A stretch of 64,000 nucleotides of DNA from an uncultured archaeon (GTDB taxonomy: Archaea; Thermoproteota; Bathyarchaeia; Bathyarchaeales; Bathycorpusculaceae). The stretch's first letter is position 1. Each line of letters opens with the position of its first letter. The position numbers and the translations under genes were made by a program. A model generated the notes under the pieces. That model made no database searches, was not told the origin of the DNA, and saw only the letters and a list, made by a program, of their open reading frames with translations. Positions 41,683-52,344 of this stretch are shown here, piece after piece. The DNA lies in contig CAWALK010000012.1 of the NCBI GenBank assembly GCA_963782915.1, forward strand, positions 64,001-128,000, written 5' to 3'.

Positions 41683-41875
41683 AATCCCCGACTCAAGTAA
41701 AGGTGGGAAATCGGTCTTCTCTGCTGAGAAGTCGTTTGGTTCCAACATAATTTTTGCTAACCAGTCTGCGGCAAATGCGCACTCAAAACAAGCTACACCC
41801 AACAATCCTCAAAACAAACAGCTACCACTCCAACGAATGCAGCTTCTTAAGCTTTCCTGACCAGCACTTGTGCAG

Positions 41876-41912
41876 CCTATAAATAAGGGAGGGGGTAGGT
41901 CACAGAGAGCAA
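41876..41912 (+). repeat. Dispersed TATA/G-string repeat copy
   Basis: CCTATAAATAAGGGAGGGGGTAGGTCACAGAGAGCAA. Confidence 0.75.
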
Positions 41913-41927
41913 ACCTGTCTTTTGGTG

Positions 41928-41968
41928 TGTTCCAGTTGAGGAACACTTTGTTCCATGGGGAGAGCTAA
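41928..41968 (+). promoter_or_regulatory. Putative operator TGTTCC-N6-GGAACA motif (copy 2)
   Basis: Matches 119-159; ends 37 nt before GTG 42005. Confidence 0.6.
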
Positions 41969-42004
41969 AGGTCATCATGGCAAGATGTTATATGTGGTTA
42001 AACG

Positions 42005-42688
42005 GTGAACCAAAAAATTGTAGCCTCTATCCTCTTCGTTATTCTTGTGGCCTTAACTGTTTCAGTGGGAACCCAAAATGTCGCTGCTCAATCAGGCGGA
42101 ATCCCCTATTCAAGTGGGCTGTATCTAATCTCGCCATTAAACACCACCTACACCTCTAACATGTTAACACTCAATGTTTACTTCGATATGGGCATACAAA
42201 CCAAACTAAACTACAGCCTTGACGGCGGCGAACACAGCGGCGACATTCCCTTAACGTACCTTAACAACAGCGAAATAATGTATATCTCAAACTATCAGGG
42301 CATAGTGCCACTCTCACAGCTCTCCGATGGCTCACACGCCCTAACAATAACCGTGGATGCGGAACTCAACGATTTCCATGGAGCAAACCCGCCTGGTGCA
42401 CCATTCAAAGCAACTAACGCTGAAGGCACCAACTTTTCAGCGATTTGGATTCATACAATCTATTTCACGATAGATACATCAAAAGCAACTCAGAATCCAA
42501 CGGTTTCAGCTACTCCAACTCCAACTTTGATAGAGTCGACAAACCAAACCACCACAACACCAACGATGCAGGCGCCTGCAGAGGAACCCCAACAGTTAAC
42601 CTCATTATTACCCATCATAGCGGTTGCCGCAGTCGTTGCCTACATAGCCGTAATCGCTGTACTCATTACAAGAAAAAAATGGAACTAA
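42005..42688 (+). CDS. Secreted, C-terminally anchored Ig-like surface protein
   Basis: Signal peptide; ISPLNTTY, YSLDG, LSDGSH, YFTID; Thr/Pro linker; TM + RKK. Confidence 0.75.
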   Translation: MNQKIVASILFVILVALTVSVGTQNVAAQSGGIPYSSGLYLISPLNTTYTSNMLTLNVYFDMGIQTKLNYSLDGGEHSGDIPLTYLNNSEIMYISNYQGIVPLSQLSDGSHALTITVDAELNDFHGANPPGAPFKATNAEGTNFSAIWIHTIYFTIDTSKATQNPTVSATPTPTLIESTNQTTTTPTMQAPAEEPQQLTSLLPIIAVAAVVAYIAVIAVLITRKKWN

Positions 42689-42702
42689 TAAAAGTTTGAA
42701 CT

Positions 42703-44160
42703 TTACTTTTTTAGAAGCATACCAAGCATCCGTACCGTTCTACGCGGATTACGAATAGCCCTACCAACCTTATGCCTCGTCAACGTACGATTAATCGCGT
42801 TAGCCCTCATACATAACTCGCTTATTTCTTGGGCGGAGAACTCAGGCGTCTCAACCAACGGCTCCGTAGCAGCCAACGCATAATCACAAAAACCCTCACG
42901 TATGTATCCGCCTGCTTTTGCCTGTTCATAGAATGCGGTGCCATAAAGCGGCATAGCGATGCTAAACACAAAGCTTTCAGCCCCTAAACTTTTGAGTTTG
43001 TATGCGTAACGGATGGTTTCTTCGATGTCAGCTTTAGTTTCGCCGATTAAACCCATGACAAAGAAGCAACCGACTTTAATGCCGACTTTCTTGGCGGCTA
43101 CAATTGCTTCTTCAACCTTTTTCAAATCCAGATTCTTTTTAGCTACATCACTGACAATCCGCTGAACGCCCGATTCTGGGGCAACACGGATTTTTTTGCA
43201 ACCCGACCGCTTCATTTTCCATAACAGTTCCTCATCCAACGTGTCTGCTCTGACTCCGTTAGGAGTAAACCAATCAAAATGCAGGTCCCTCTCAACGATT
43301 AAGTCACAGATTTGCGCCATCCGCTGCTTATCCCATGTCATGTTATCGTCTGCGAAATCGATTTGTTTTATGCCATAGGTTTTGATGACGTGCTCAACTT
43401 CGTCAACCACATTCTTGGGGCTTCTGGGACGCCACTGTTTCCCCCAGACAATGCAATGTGTGCAGAAAACGCAGTTGAAGGGGCAGCCTCTGCTTGTGAT
43501 GACGATGGTGTAGGGTTTGGTTATTTCGCCACGGAGCGGGTTCTGTTTGACTGCTTCTGCATAAACCGTCATTGGTAACAGGTGCCGAGCCGGAAGAGGC
43601 AAGGTATCTAAGTCCTGAATAACTGCACGTTTGCCCGTGAGGATTACTTTGCCGTTTTCCCAGAAACCTAACCCGTCGATACCAAGGAAACTGGTTTTTT
43701 TCTGCTCCAAGACCTCAACTAATTCGGCAATGGTGTTTTCAGGTTCGCCGACAACCACAAAATCCGCCTCAGAATCTTCAAGGCAACTCTCTGGTCTTGA
43801 GGATGGATGCAGCCCAAACAGCACCACAACAATGTCTTTGTTAACCTTTTTTGCTATGGATACCACTTCAAACGCTGTTTTAGACCATCCTGAAAACGGA
43901 ATCTCCACCACAACAACTTCAGGTTTCCAATCCGTGATTCGCTGTGCAATCACGTCTGCGCTTAACCCCACTCGATACTTGGTTGCATCGAGCTCGAGGA
44001 GGTTTTCCCAGCCTTCTGTCGGAGAATCAATTATGGTAACTTGATGCGCTTTTTTCTCTAGAACCGCTGCGACTGATGCCATTGCGATTGGCGGAAAAAC
44101 GTTGGGTTTTCCCCATGCTTTAGGTTGAATTCGTGGTGGATTGATGAGGCAAACACGCAT
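42703..44160 (-). CDS. B12-binding radical SAM protein
   Basis: LINPP, GLHPS, GEPE, SRGCPFNCVFC, DDNM, APESG. Confidence 0.88.
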   Translation of the reverse strand: MRVCLINPPRIQPKAWGKPNVFPPIAMASVAAVLEKKAHQVTIIDSPTEGWENLLELDATKYRVGLSADVIAQRITDWKPEVVVVEIPFSGWSKTAFEVVSIAKKVNKDIVVVLFGLHPSSRPESCLEDSEADFVVVGEPENTIAELVEVLEQKKTSFLGIDGLGFWENGKVILTGKRAVIQDLDTLPLPARHLLPMTVYAEAVKQNPLRGEITKPYTIVITSRGCPFNCVFCTHCIVWGKQWRPRSPKNVVDEVEHVIKTYGIKQIDFADDNMTWDKQRMAQICDLIVERDLHFDWFTPNGVRADTLDEELLWKMKRSGCKKIRVAPESGVQRIVSDVAKKNLDLKKVEEAIVAAKKVGIKVGCFFVMGLIGETKADIEETIRYAYKLKSLGAESFVFSIAMPLYGTAFYEQAKAGGYIREGFCDYALAATEPLVETPEFSAQEISELCMRANAINRTLTRHKVGRAIRNPRRTVRMLGMLLKK

Positions 44161-44211
44161 GCAACGCACTTCTCTGCACAACTACGCTGATTCTTTGATT
44201 AATACTTTGCA

Positions 44212-45270
44212 CTAAATCGGTATAAACCAGAATACCCGTACCAAGACGAGAACGGCAACACAGAGAAGCCCCCACAAAATGATGGTTACGTCGCGTATCC
44301 GCAGCGCCCCTACTATTTTGTCGCCAGTTAACGGTTCCTGAGCATCTCCGAGGATATACTGGCCGGGTTTCTCTAGTTGGATGCGCAATGCGCCGGCGAC
44401 GGCTGCCATGGGCCAACCGTGGTTGCGGCTTGGGGTTTTTTTGTGGTCCCGTCGTGCCATTTTCCAAGCATTCTTTGCGTCCATTCGAAGGATTGCTGCT
44501 GCAACAATCATTAGCAAAGCCGTTAATCTTGTCGGAATAAAATTTACAAAGTTGTCCAGGTTAGCGCTGAACCAACCTGTGTTGATGTGTTCTTTTGTTT
44601 TGAACCCCACCATGCCGTCCAAGGTGTTGATGGCTCGGAAGGCGATTGCTCCTGTGACGCCAAACAGGGCAAAAGACATCATGGGTGAGAGTTTGAAGTC
44701 GATGAGGTTCTCGGACATGGATTCGATTACTGCACTGCCCATTTGTGCTCCGTTAAGGTTTCTTGAGTCTCGCCGTGAGAAATGAGCGTACTTTTTTGCT
44801 TCGGCGACATCTTGGGCGTCGATGGCTTTTGCTACAGATTTAGCCCAGTCTGTTTCAAGTTTGATGCAGATGGTCATTTTGAGCAGTATGATGCCGATGA
44901 CCGCGTAGATGAGTATGTTGAGGGCAAATGGCAGATAGGTGTAGATTGCCCATAACCCAAAGAATGTTGGCAACGCAAAGGCTGCAATCACCGTTAAACC
45001 AAGCAATACCCCGAGGAACTTTTCGATTCTGGAGTTTGGATTCTTGAAATAGGGCTCGATTTTTTTGGTAAAATTCCCCATGACCACGGTTGGATGCAGC
45101 TTAAACACCCATCTGTCAGGATAATTCGGTGAAGGATCGCCTAAAATTAAGTCCAACACTATAGCAAGAACAAGCATCGCTATTGCGACTGCTATGTTTA
45201 GGGTGTTTTGTCCCAGCCAAGAGTACAGGTCGAGCATTGCTTCGATACTTGGATGCTCACTTAATATCAA
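44212..45270 (-). CDS. cbiB: Adenosylcobinamide-phosphate synthase CbiB
   Basis: LDLILGDP..HP, ESMSEN..D, FRAINTLDGMVG, PTRL, TPSRNHGWPMAAVAGAL. Confidence 0.9.
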   Translation of the reverse strand: MILSEHPSIEAMLDLYSWLGQNTLNIAVAIAMLVLAIVLDLILGDPSPNYPDRWVFKLHPTVVMGNFTKKIEPYFKNPNSRIEKFLGVLLGLTVIAAFALPTFFGLWAIYTYLPFALNILIYAVIGIILLKMTICIKLETDWAKSVAKAIDAQDVAEAKKYAHFSRRDSRNLNGAQMGSAVIESMSENLIDFKLSPMMSFALFGVTGAIAFRAINTLDGMVGFKTKEHINTGWFSANLDNFVNFIPTRLTALLMIVAAAILRMDAKNAWKMARRDHKKTPSRNHGWPMAAVAGALRIQLEKPGQYILGDAQEPLTGDKIVGALRIRDVTIILWGLLCVAVLVLVRVFWFIPI

Positions 45271-45304
45271 TTACGGTTAACACGTTAAAAGAAGCCGCTT
45301 GTGT

Positions 45305-45389
45305 GTCACCGACCTATCCCCCATCTATTTATAGTGACATGGAGGCGTCGTTTGCTGCTTTGCCAACCTATCCCCTCCCTTATATATAG
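45305..45389 (-). repeat. Dispersed TATA/G-string repeat, two tandem copies on the minus strand
   Basis: Reverse complements read CTATATATAAGGGAGGGGATAGGTTGGCAAAGCAGCAA and CTATAAATAGATGGGGGATAGGTCGG. Confidence 0.7.
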
Positions 45390-45490
45390 ATTCAAGGGCA
45401 GGTTCAACCCGCTTAACCCAAACAAAACTTTGCTCTACACACGGATTTTCGGTTTGTTTTTTAAGCTCAAACACCGCTATACCTCAATAG

Positions 45491-45937
45491 GTGCCAAGCT
45501 TGGAGCAACAAGAAGAACTCAACGCTACACTATTCCACACATACCTCTACCTAGTTAAAGCAGGCAAACCCGTCGGACCAAGAGACCTAATGCGTGGTGC
45601 TAACCTGAGCAGCCCAAGCGTTGCATACCGCAACCTACAGCGGCTTATTGACTTGGGCTATGTAGCTAAGGACGACTATGGCAACTACTTCGTCAAAAAG
45701 AAAGTTAACTTACGTGGCTACGTTTGGATTGGTAAAACGCTTGTTCCACGCTTCGCAATCTTCGGCTTAGTTTTCATCGGTGTGCTGTTGGCTGAAATCG
45801 CAGTTTTGATTCCCCATCTACTCGCAAATTCCCCTGTTGAGGAATCATTTTGGCTACTGACCATAGTAACGATTGTTGCAGCGGCAATTTTTCTAGTTGA
45901 AGGCTTAAGATTTAGAAAGAAAACAAAAATTAGCTGA
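45491..45937 (+). CDS. Membrane-anchored winged-helix regulator (2 TM); paralog of 23886-24341
   Basis: GKPVGPRDLMRGANLSSPSVAYRNLQRL + two TM. Confidence 0.75.
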   Translation: MPSLEQQEELNATLFHTYLYLVKAGKPVGPRDLMRGANLSSPSVAYRNLQRLIDLGYVAKDDYGNYFVKKKVNLRGYVWIGKTLVPRFAIFGLVFIGVLLAEIAVLIPHLLANSPVEESFWLLTIVTIVAAAIFLVEGLRFRKKTKIS

Positions 45938-45944
45938 GAGGCCT

Positions 45945-47330
45945 TTAGTTTCTTCTCAGCTTCAGTTTAATGGTAGCGATCAAGTTTACGCCGACAACCA
46001 ACGCCGTGGATATTTTGAAGCGTCTACGTTTATCCATAAAGTATGCTCTGCGGAGGTAGTAGTGGTGGAATGCGCCTTCTCGAAGTTTGCCAAGGTCCTT
46101 CATGCTTAGTTGGGGTGTTTCAAAGATGGGCCGTGTCGTGTCGTATTTGTCGAAGTCGGTGACTCGCAGCCAACCATTAGCCTTCACCTGATCATACAGC
46201 GGCGTTCCCGGAAAAGGTGTTGCGACATTGTAGAATCCGATGGCGTCAGGAGCAACTTTCTCAATGAACTTGATTGTATCCCACGCGCTCTTTTTGGTTT
46301 CTCCCGGGAAACCTAAGATGACGTTTGGAACAGGCTTCAAACCTACCTCGCGAACTAACCCGAGGGTTTTAGCGGTTAATTCTGGTGTGATGCCTTTTTT
46401 CATTGCTTCCAACACTTCTTTGGTGCCTGATTCAACGCCAAACCAAACTGAGACGCAACCGGCATCCTTCATGGTTATGAGTAGGTCTTTGGTTAGCATG
46501 TCTACGCGTGTGCCGCAGTTCCATTCGATTTTTAAGCCGCGTTTTTTGATTTCTCTGCAGACTTCTTCAACTCGGGGTTTGTCAACTGTGAAGGCGTCGT
46601 CGCAGAAGGTGAATTTTGTTTTGCCGTAGGTTTTGTATAGAAATTCTAGTTCGTCAACTACGTTTTGGGCGCTTCGCATACGGTATTGGCGTCCATGCAT
46701 GCGAACTGTGCAGCAGAATTCACACCAGTACACGCAGCCTCGACTCATGGCAAGGTAGAGTACGTCTTCGTATTGGGTGAATTTCTCCATAGGCCAAAGA
46801 TGCCTTGCTGGAAATGGTAGGCTGTCGAGGTCTTCGATGTATGGGCTGTCCTCGTTGCGGACGATTTTGCCATCCAATCGGTAAGTGATGCCTAAAACGT
46901 CTTTGCAGCTTTTTTCAGCTTCAATACGCTGCACCAACTCCAAAATTGTGGCTTCGCCTTCTCTTCGAACAACAATATCCAGTTCGGGGCACTCTTCAAG
47001 GGCATGATCATCCCAGAAGGTAACGTGTGGGCCACCCGCGAAAGTTATGCAGTTAGGAAGGATTTCTCGTGCAGCTTTGATTAATTTTAAGCCTGATTTG
47101 TAAGTAAGCGTGGAGGAAGTAACCCCAACGATGTCGGGTTTGCGTTTTTCTATTTCTTTTTTGTAATCTTCAACACTCAGTTGGGATACTTGGCAGTCGA
47201 TGACGTCAACTTGATAGTTGTTTTTTTCTAAAACGGCAGCTAAATACCCTAATCCTAGCAGTGCAAAGGGCCAGTGCATGACGGCGCCGGCTGGTGCGGC
47301 TGGGTTAACTAAGGTTATGTGGGGTTTCAT
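45945..47330 (-). CDS. B12-binding radical SAM protein
   Basis: LLGLGYL, GGPHVT, EGEAT, SRGCVYWCEFC, DDAF, GVESG. Confidence 0.9.
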   Translation of the reverse strand: MKPHITLVNPAAPAGAVMHWPFALLGLGYLAAVLEKNNYQVDVIDCQVSQLSVEDYKKEIEKRKPDIVGVTSSTLTYKSGLKLIKAAREILPNCITFAGGPHVTFWDDHALEECPELDIVVRREGEATILELVQRIEAEKSCKDVLGITYRLDGKIVRNEDSPYIEDLDSLPFPARHLWPMEKFTQYEDVLYLAMSRGCVYWCEFCCTVRMHGRQYRMRSAQNVVDELEFLYKTYGKTKFTFCDDAFTVDKPRVEEVCREIKKRGLKIEWNCGTRVDMLTKDLLITMKDAGCVSVWFGVESGTKEVLEAMKKGITPELTAKTLGLVREVGLKPVPNVILGFPGETKKSAWDTIKFIEKVAPDAIGFYNVATPFPGTPLYDQVKANGWLRVTDFDKYDTTRPIFETPQLSMKDLGKLREGAFHHYYLRRAYFMDKRRRFKISTALVVGVNLIATIKLKLRRN

Positions 47331-47478
47331 TTCTGCTTCACGCTTTGAGGTTTTGTCTGTTTGAAGGGATTTGAGGCTTAAAACGTTTCGCATTTTCCCA
47401 TATCTGCCCCATTCAGGGAATTGTTTGATGGTTAGTCCTCGCATTGGACGGCTGAGTGTTTTTCTCAAAACTATTTAA

Positions 47479-48336
47479 ATGGATAAAAGCAGTTTAATGC
47501 AATGCAACTTCGGAGGATACGAGGCATTGATAGATCAAACACTCAAAGACCAAATTCATAAAGCCAACATAGAAGTCCATCGAAGCGAAGCAAAATACTA
47601 CGAAGCCATACACCCCGAAGTCTACAGCAGAAAAGAGCAAAAAAGGGTTTGGCGTCAACTCAAAGCCATAGACCAGCAAATAACAGATAATCAGAAAATT
47701 GCCCTTGACGTCGGAGCAGGCACCGGCAACCTCACGGGCAAACTCCTCGAAATGGGTTACCACGTTACTGCGACGGATATTTCGCCTGAAATGTGTGCCG
47801 TACTCAAAAAGAAATATGCCGCATACATCCCGGACAAGCTGAAGATAATTAATTCCCCAATAGAAGACTTAACTTTTAGCAAAGGCAAATTCGATTTAAT
47901 AACCAGCTATTCTGTGCTTCATCATTTACCCGATTATGTGTCTGCATTGCATACGCTCTGTGGTTTCCTCAAGAAGGGCGGAGTAGTATACATAGATCAT
48001 GAGGCTTCACCTTACTATTGGGTGAGCGAGAGGGGTATGCTTGCAAGCTTAATCAAAGGTTTCACGTTCCACTCAAACCCCCTATTGAACAGTTTATATT
48101 TCCAAATCATAGGCCTAAGAATCCCAACAATCGATTATACCCTGTCTGATTATTGGTTTAAAAAAGAACACGCCCTAAACCACCAAGCGTTAAGCCAAGT
48201 TTTCAAGCAAGAAGGTTTCCAAACCTACAAAAGAACCGACCATTACTTAACGGGCAGTTGGCTTCCAAATCCGCTATCATACATTTATCGGCTTGTGTGT
48301 AGGCCAGAAATGAGTTTATGGGTAGCAAAAAAGTAG
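47479..48336 (+). CDS. Class I SAM-dependent methyltransferase
   Basis: LDVGAGTG, DIS..M, FDLIT.YSVLHH, LKKGG. Confidence 0.85.
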   Translation: MDKSSLMQCNFGGYEALIDQTLKDQIHKANIEVHRSEAKYYEAIHPEVYSRKEQKRVWRQLKAIDQQITDNQKIALDVGAGTGNLTGKLLEMGYHVTATDISPEMCAVLKKKYAAYIPDKLKIINSPIEDLTFSKGKFDLITSYSVLHHLPDYVSALHTLCGFLKKGGVVYIDHEASPYYWVSERGMLASLIKGFTFHSNPLLNSLYFQIIGLRIPTIDYTLSDYWFKKEHALNHQALSQVFKQEGFQTYKRTDHYLTGSWLPNPLSYIYRLVCRPEMSLWVAKK

Positions 48337-49377
48337 CTATGCGTCTAAAGTTTTCTTTACTGGATTGCCCAGCCAATATTTAGGCATAGATTGATGCTCC
48401 AGCAATGAAGGGAACAAGTTTAGCGGCCAAGAAGGTATCATCGGTGATAAGAAAAGGTAAGGTTTCTCCATGCCGTTGATTTTGCTGATTTGCTCCGAAA
48501 CCTCAAACATTTTACTGAAATCTTCCAATGCAACAGCCACATACAAATCGTAATCGCCGAGTAATCTTATGATTACGATTAAGTTGGGTATTCGGAGTAG
48601 TTGCGTATAAATTTCTGTTAGTTTGCTTCGGTTTGAAACTTTAATGTATAAATCCGCCAGGGCTGTATAGCCGAGCTTGTTTAAATCCAAAGTTATCGTA
48701 GAACGTGTCAAGAGGGTTTGTCGTAATTTTCTGTATCTTTGAATAACCGTTTTTGTGGACAAACCGAGTTGTTCGGCTACTTGCCTAAAGGGTATTCGCG
48801 AGTTCTGGGAAACGATTATAGCTATTTTCCTATCAAACTCGTCGAGTTCCATGGGCGATTGATCTATATTGCTTAAGGCTGGTCTGTGGTTTTTGTTTTT
48901 ACTTGGGGGAAGGGGTTTTATGACTAAGTTTGTTGGGAATTCTACGTTTACTGCCTCTGCCCAAATCAGGGTATCTACGTGCTTAATTTCTGTGTTTGAT
49001 TCCAGATCCTCAACGATTTCGGAGAGCTTATTCAAATCGCTCAACGCCACTTTGGCATAAAAATTGTATTTTCCCAAATGTGTAACAACTTGAGCAACCT
49101 GTTGCTTGCTCTCGAGGTATTCAGCTACTGCTTTCTCGTTTTCGCTCTCAGTTATTATACCTAAATCGATGATATGGCGGTAGCCCAAACGGTGAGGATT
49201 AACGATTGTGACTTCGCCGTTTATTACTCCCTCTCGCCATAATTTTTTGTAGCGCATCCTAACTGCGCCAACAGTTATTTTGCATTCTTTGGCTATATCT
49301 GTAAAGCTGGTTCGAGATTCCTCTAAGAGCATACGTATGATGGTGGCGTCGATTTCGTCGATTTTTGGTGTATTCAC
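48337..49377 (-). CDS. Tandem double Lrp/AsnC regulator
   Basis: Two IDE.D..I..L..SR.SF..IA HTH units, each followed by a RAM-like domain. Confidence 0.85.
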   Translation of the reverse strand: MNTPKIDEIDATIIRMLLEESRTSFTDIAKECKITVGAVRMRYKKLWREGVINGEVTIVNPHRLGYRHIIDLGIITESENEKAVAEYLESKQQVAQVVTHLGKYNFYAKVALSDLNKLSEIVEDLESNTEIKHVDTLIWAEAVNVEFPTNLVIKPLPPSKNKNHRPALSNIDQSPMELDEFDRKIAIIVSQNSRIPFRQVAEQLGLSTKTVIQRYRKLRQTLLTRSTITLDLNKLGYTALADLYIKVSNRSKLTEIYTQLLRIPNLIVIIRLLGDYDLYVAVALEDFSKMFEVSEQISKINGMEKPYLFLSPMIPSWPLNLFPSLLEHQSMPKYWLGNPVKKTLDA

Positions 49378-49627
49378 TGGTTATCCTTGAGCCTGAATTT
49401 TTGTATTTGCTAGTAGATGCTTGCTAATTAAGCTTCTGAGTAATAATTTGAATATTACTATCATTATTTTTACTGTTTTTGCATAATTGATTGATAAAAA
49501 AAGCGAAATGTTGCGTCACAAAAAATTCCTTTTGTATTTCACTTCAAATTTTACTTTAATTGAATTTGTTGTAATTTTGAAGTTTCTTCTATGAGCAGTT
49601 TCTTCTTGTGCTGCTAGGGGAAAAAAT

Positions 49628-50650
49628 TTATGTTTCTCCAAATACAGGTTGCTCTGCAGCATCTGTAAGGAGCATTTCTGAAAACAGGTTCAAGGGCCAA
49701 GCAGGAAACATCGGAGTTAAAATCGTCTCAGGTTTCTCTATCCCGTCTATTCTATTAATTTGAGTTGCTACCTCAAACATTTTAGTGAAATCTTCCAGTG
49801 CAATTGCAACGTATAGATCATAGACGCTAAGCAACCTCAAAATCACGATGATGTTGGGGATTTCAAGCAGTTGATTGTAGATTTCAGTCATTTTTCCCCG
49901 GTTTGAAACTTTTATGTAAAGATTCGCTAAAGCAGAGTAACCTAATCTGTTTAGATCTAATGTTATGCATGAATATGTTAGTAGTGGGCCTCTTAGTTTC
50001 TTGTATCTTTGAATAACTGTTTTTGTGGAGACACCGACTTGTTGAGCTATTTGTCTGAATGGTGTTCTGGAATTCTTTGAGACTATATGCGCAATTTTTC
50101 TGTCTATTTCGTCGATACGTATTGGCGATTGGTCTATATTGGCTAGGGCGGGGCGTTGGTTTTTAGTAAAGCCGTCATCCATTAGCGGTTTAATAGTTAA
50201 GTTCGTTGGGAACTCCACATTGACTCCTTCGGCCCAAATTATTGCGTCAACATGCTTAATTTTCTGATTTGATTCCAAGTCCTCAATAATCTGTGCTAAC
50301 CTGTTTAGGTCACGGAGAGCAACTCTCGTGTAGAACGTATAACTCCCTATATGAGTAAGCAAACAGGATAGGTATGGTTTAGTTTTAAGGTAATCTGCGG
50401 CTTCTTTTTCATTTTCACTATCTGCCGTAATTCCTAAGTCTATGATATGTCGGTAGCCTAGACAATGCGGATTAACGATGGTGACTTCGCCGTTTATGAT
50501 GCCTTGTCGCCATAGGCGTTTATAGCGCATCCTGACTGCACCGACGGTAATATGACATTGCTTAGAAATTTCCGTGAAGCTTGTTCTGGATTCAGCTAAA
50601 AGCATTTTCAAAATTTTTGCGTCAGTGCTGTCTATCTTAATGGTATCCAC
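49628..50650 (-). CDS. Tandem double Lrp/AsnC regulator (paralog of 48337-49377)
   Basis: Same architecture; long shared blocks (INGEVTIVNPH, VNVEFPTNL, WPLNLF). Confidence 0.85.
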   Translation of the reverse strand: MDTIKIDSTDAKILKMLLAESRTSFTEISKQCHITVGAVRMRYKRLWRQGIINGEVTIVNPHCLGYRHIIDLGITADSENEKEAADYLKTKPYLSCLLTHIGSYTFYTRVALRDLNRLAQIIEDLESNQKIKHVDAIIWAEGVNVEFPTNLTIKPLMDDGFTKNQRPALANIDQSPIRIDEIDRKIAHIVSKNSRTPFRQIAQQVGVSTKTVIQRYKKLRGPLLTYSCITLDLNRLGYSALANLYIKVSNRGKMTEIYNQLLEIPNIIVILRLLSVYDLYVAIALEDFTKMFEVATQINRIDGIEKPETILTPMFPAWPLNLFSEMLLTDAAEQPVFGET

Positions 50651-50903
50651 GTTAACCCTGCCTTGAAAGAATGTATGTTCAACTGAACAGTTATTTATTA
50701 AGTTTCGTTGAGAGCAGTATTACAATTATTAATAATGCCCACGCTTACCTAATAAAATTGAACGGCGACCTCTGGACGCTTATCAACTTGAGGAATACTG
50801 TCTGGCTAGTTTTCACAAAACCCTCTTATGAGCACGTATTCCGTTAAAGCTATAAAGCTCGCATGTCATCAAACCCTAAAACAAGCATCAGAGGCAACCC
50901 GCC

Positions 50904-52334
50904 ATGCCCACAAAACCCAAAAACAAACCTTCTGAGCCCAAAGTCGCCAAATCCAACACCATCCTACTAATGACTACTGCACCGCCCGAGAAGGACACAT
51001 GGTACCATGGCAAACGTTTGCCTCCCATCGGATTAATGTACGTTGCCTCAGCGCTTGAAAAAGCCGGGTTCACGGTACAAATGCTTGACAATTACCTCAT
51101 GAACAAACCAGCCCAAGAAGTAAAACAGTTAATTGCAAACCTCAACCCAATGATGGTCGGCATAACCTGCGGTTCAGCGACTTTTGCACGCTGTGTAGAA
51201 ACCGCCAAAACCATCAAAGAAACCAAACCCGACTGCACCGTAGTAGTGGGCGGTTGGCATGCATCCTATTTACCCGAAACGCTCCTGGCACATCCAGAGA
51301 TCGATTATGTTGTAATGGGTGAAGGTGAACGGGCAATCACTCAGCTGGCAAAGGCACTGGTAAACGACGACTTAACCCAAGCCTCAGCTGTCGCGGGCGT
51401 CGCCTGCAGAGGCAACAGCGGCAACATCATAAATCCGCCTGTGTTCATCGAGAACATGGATGAAATCCCCTATCCAGCAAGACACCTCTTACCTCTTGAA
51501 CAGTACGACCGAACAATCGAATTCCTAAACGCCAAACCCGCAGACGTAATGAGCATCTCACGCGGCTGCGTTTTCAACTGCGGCTTCTGCGAAACCCGCA
51601 AACTCTGGGGTAACATCTGCCGTGGCTTCACTCCACAACGAGTTATAGGTGAAATAGAAGACCTCATGAGCCGCTTTGGCACCAAAGGCATCTACTTCAT
51701 CAACGACAACTTTACACTCCGAAAAGAGAAAACCAAAGAACTCTGCAACCTCATGATTGAGAAAAACCTCAACTTAGAATGGGTCTGCGACACACGTGTT
51801 GACTTAGTCGATGACGAGTTGCTGGCTTTGATGAGTAAAGCTGGCTGCAAAGTAATCTGGTTCGGCGTCGAATCCGGCTCAGAAAAGGTTTTGGCACGTA
51901 TCGGCAGAAACACTAAACCTGAACAGGTCGAAACAGCATTCAAACTTTGCGAGAAACACGGCATAAAAACCGCCTGCTCCTTCATGCTCGGCTTACCAGA
52001 CGAAACACTCGCCGACATGGAAATCTCTTTAAAATTCGCCAAAAAACTCAACCCAGACTACTGCATGTTCAACATATTCATCGCATACCCAGACAGCAAA
52101 CTCTACAACGAAATGTTACAATCAGGCAAATACACCCAACTCGACGATTATCTTCTCAGCGTCAAAACCGATGAGTACGATTTTGAATCCCTAAAAGCAG
52201 TCCAATGGCGCTTCTTCAAAAGCTTCCACATGACGCCACGCCAAATCATCAAGCGCGCCAAACGTGAAGGTGTACTGACTTTTGCCAAACGCAGACTCAC
52301 GGGCGGTGTTCGTAAAGCAAACGGAACGGCTTAG
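50904..52334 (+). CDS. B12-binding radical SAM protein
   Basis: PPIGLMY, GGWHAS, GEGE, SRGCVFNCGFC, NDNF, GVESG. Confidence 0.9.
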   Translation: MPTKPKNKPSEPKVAKSNTILLMTTAPPEKDTWYHGKRLPPIGLMYVASALEKAGFTVQMLDNYLMNKPAQEVKQLIANLNPMMVGITCGSATFARCVETAKTIKETKPDCTVVVGGWHASYLPETLLAHPEIDYVVMGEGERAITQLAKALVNDDLTQASAVAGVACRGNSGNIINPPVFIENMDEIPYPARHLLPLEQYDRTIEFLNAKPADVMSISRGCVFNCGFCETRKLWGNICRGFTPQRVIGEIEDLMSRFGTKGIYFINDNFTLRKEKTKELCNLMIEKNLNLEWVCDTRVDLVDDELLALMSKAGCKVIWFGVESGSEKVLARIGRNTKPEQVETAFKLCEKHGIKTACSFMLGLPDETLADMEISLKFAKKLNPDYCMFNIFIAYPDSKLYNEMLQSGKYTQLDDYLLSVKTDEYDFESLKAVQWRFFKSFHMTPRQIIKRAKREGVLTFAKRRLTGGVRKANGTA

Positions 52335-52344
52335 GTGAAGCGGT

